Shown in pieces: positions 63,812 through 64,000 of a DNA stretch of 64,000 bases. The notes below the pieces were generated by a model. It was not told where the DNA came from. It saw nothing but the letters and a program-made list of their open reading frames with translations, and made no database searches. The DNA is from Camelus ferus. Lineage: Eukaryota. Each line of letters starts with the position of its first letter. Position 1 is the stretch's first letter. The stretch spans positions 8,682,001 to 8,746,000 of the forward strand of contig NC_045696.1 of the NCBI RefSeq assembly GCF_009834535.1. Direction: 5' to 3'. Both the position numbers and the translations under genes were made by a program.

Positions 63812-63990
63812 TTGAGACAGTCTTTGAACTCCTCAAGAGACGACCCCCTAAGCACATTTCCTTGGATATTCCAAGCAGTTTTTTAACTTTCACACCAAAA
63901 TTGAGGTGCGCTAAAACAATCACCTTTGGGAATTTTTAAACTTAGAGATCTCCAAGAAGATCTAAACTCTCCAATATCAATAGCTGTCCT
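63812..63990 (-). pseudogene. Exon remnant at the window edge, one stop
   Basis: RTAIDIGEFRSSWRSLSLKIPKGDCFSAPQFWCES*KTAWNIQGNVLRGSSLEEFKDCL|gtagtt. Confidence 0.5.
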
Positions 63991-64000
63991 TTATTTGGGG

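Larger units (their letters stand above)
1..64000 (-). pseudogene. Decayed multi-exon protein-coding gene (putative unitary pseudogene; multi-SAM and SH3-like protein), running off both window ends
   Basis: About 30 repeat-free islands have minus-strand splice signals around protein-like frames with isolated stops or frameshifts, all in the same orientation; TEs sit inside some exons. Confidence 0.75.

Noticed and set aside
1..64000. Assigning a gene symbol (CASKIN, SASH1, GAREM/THEMIS, MYO15B and OFCC1 considered)
   Set aside because: None of the translated remnants matches sequences I recognise from these proteins

Overview
Mammalian genomic DNA, most likely camelid (Vic-type tRNA-derived SINEs and cetartiodactyl-style L1 3' ends), with one 100-N gap. 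I see no intact protein-coding gene, RNA gene or CRISPR array. Much of the window is interspersed repeat: L1, L2, MIR, MaLR and ERV LTRs, hAT MITEs. The main result comes from the repeat-free islands. Read on the minus strand, about 30 of them look like exon remnants: polypyrimidine-AG acceptors and/or GT donors around protein-like frames broken by scattered stops and frameshifts. They run from the right edge of the window to the left edge. I interpret them as one large, long-dead multi-exon gene (probable unitary pseudogene) that extends beyond the window. Several remnants resemble SAM domains and two resemble SH3 domains. I could not name the gene. All translations and domain calls were made by eye and need tBLASTn/HMM confirmation.
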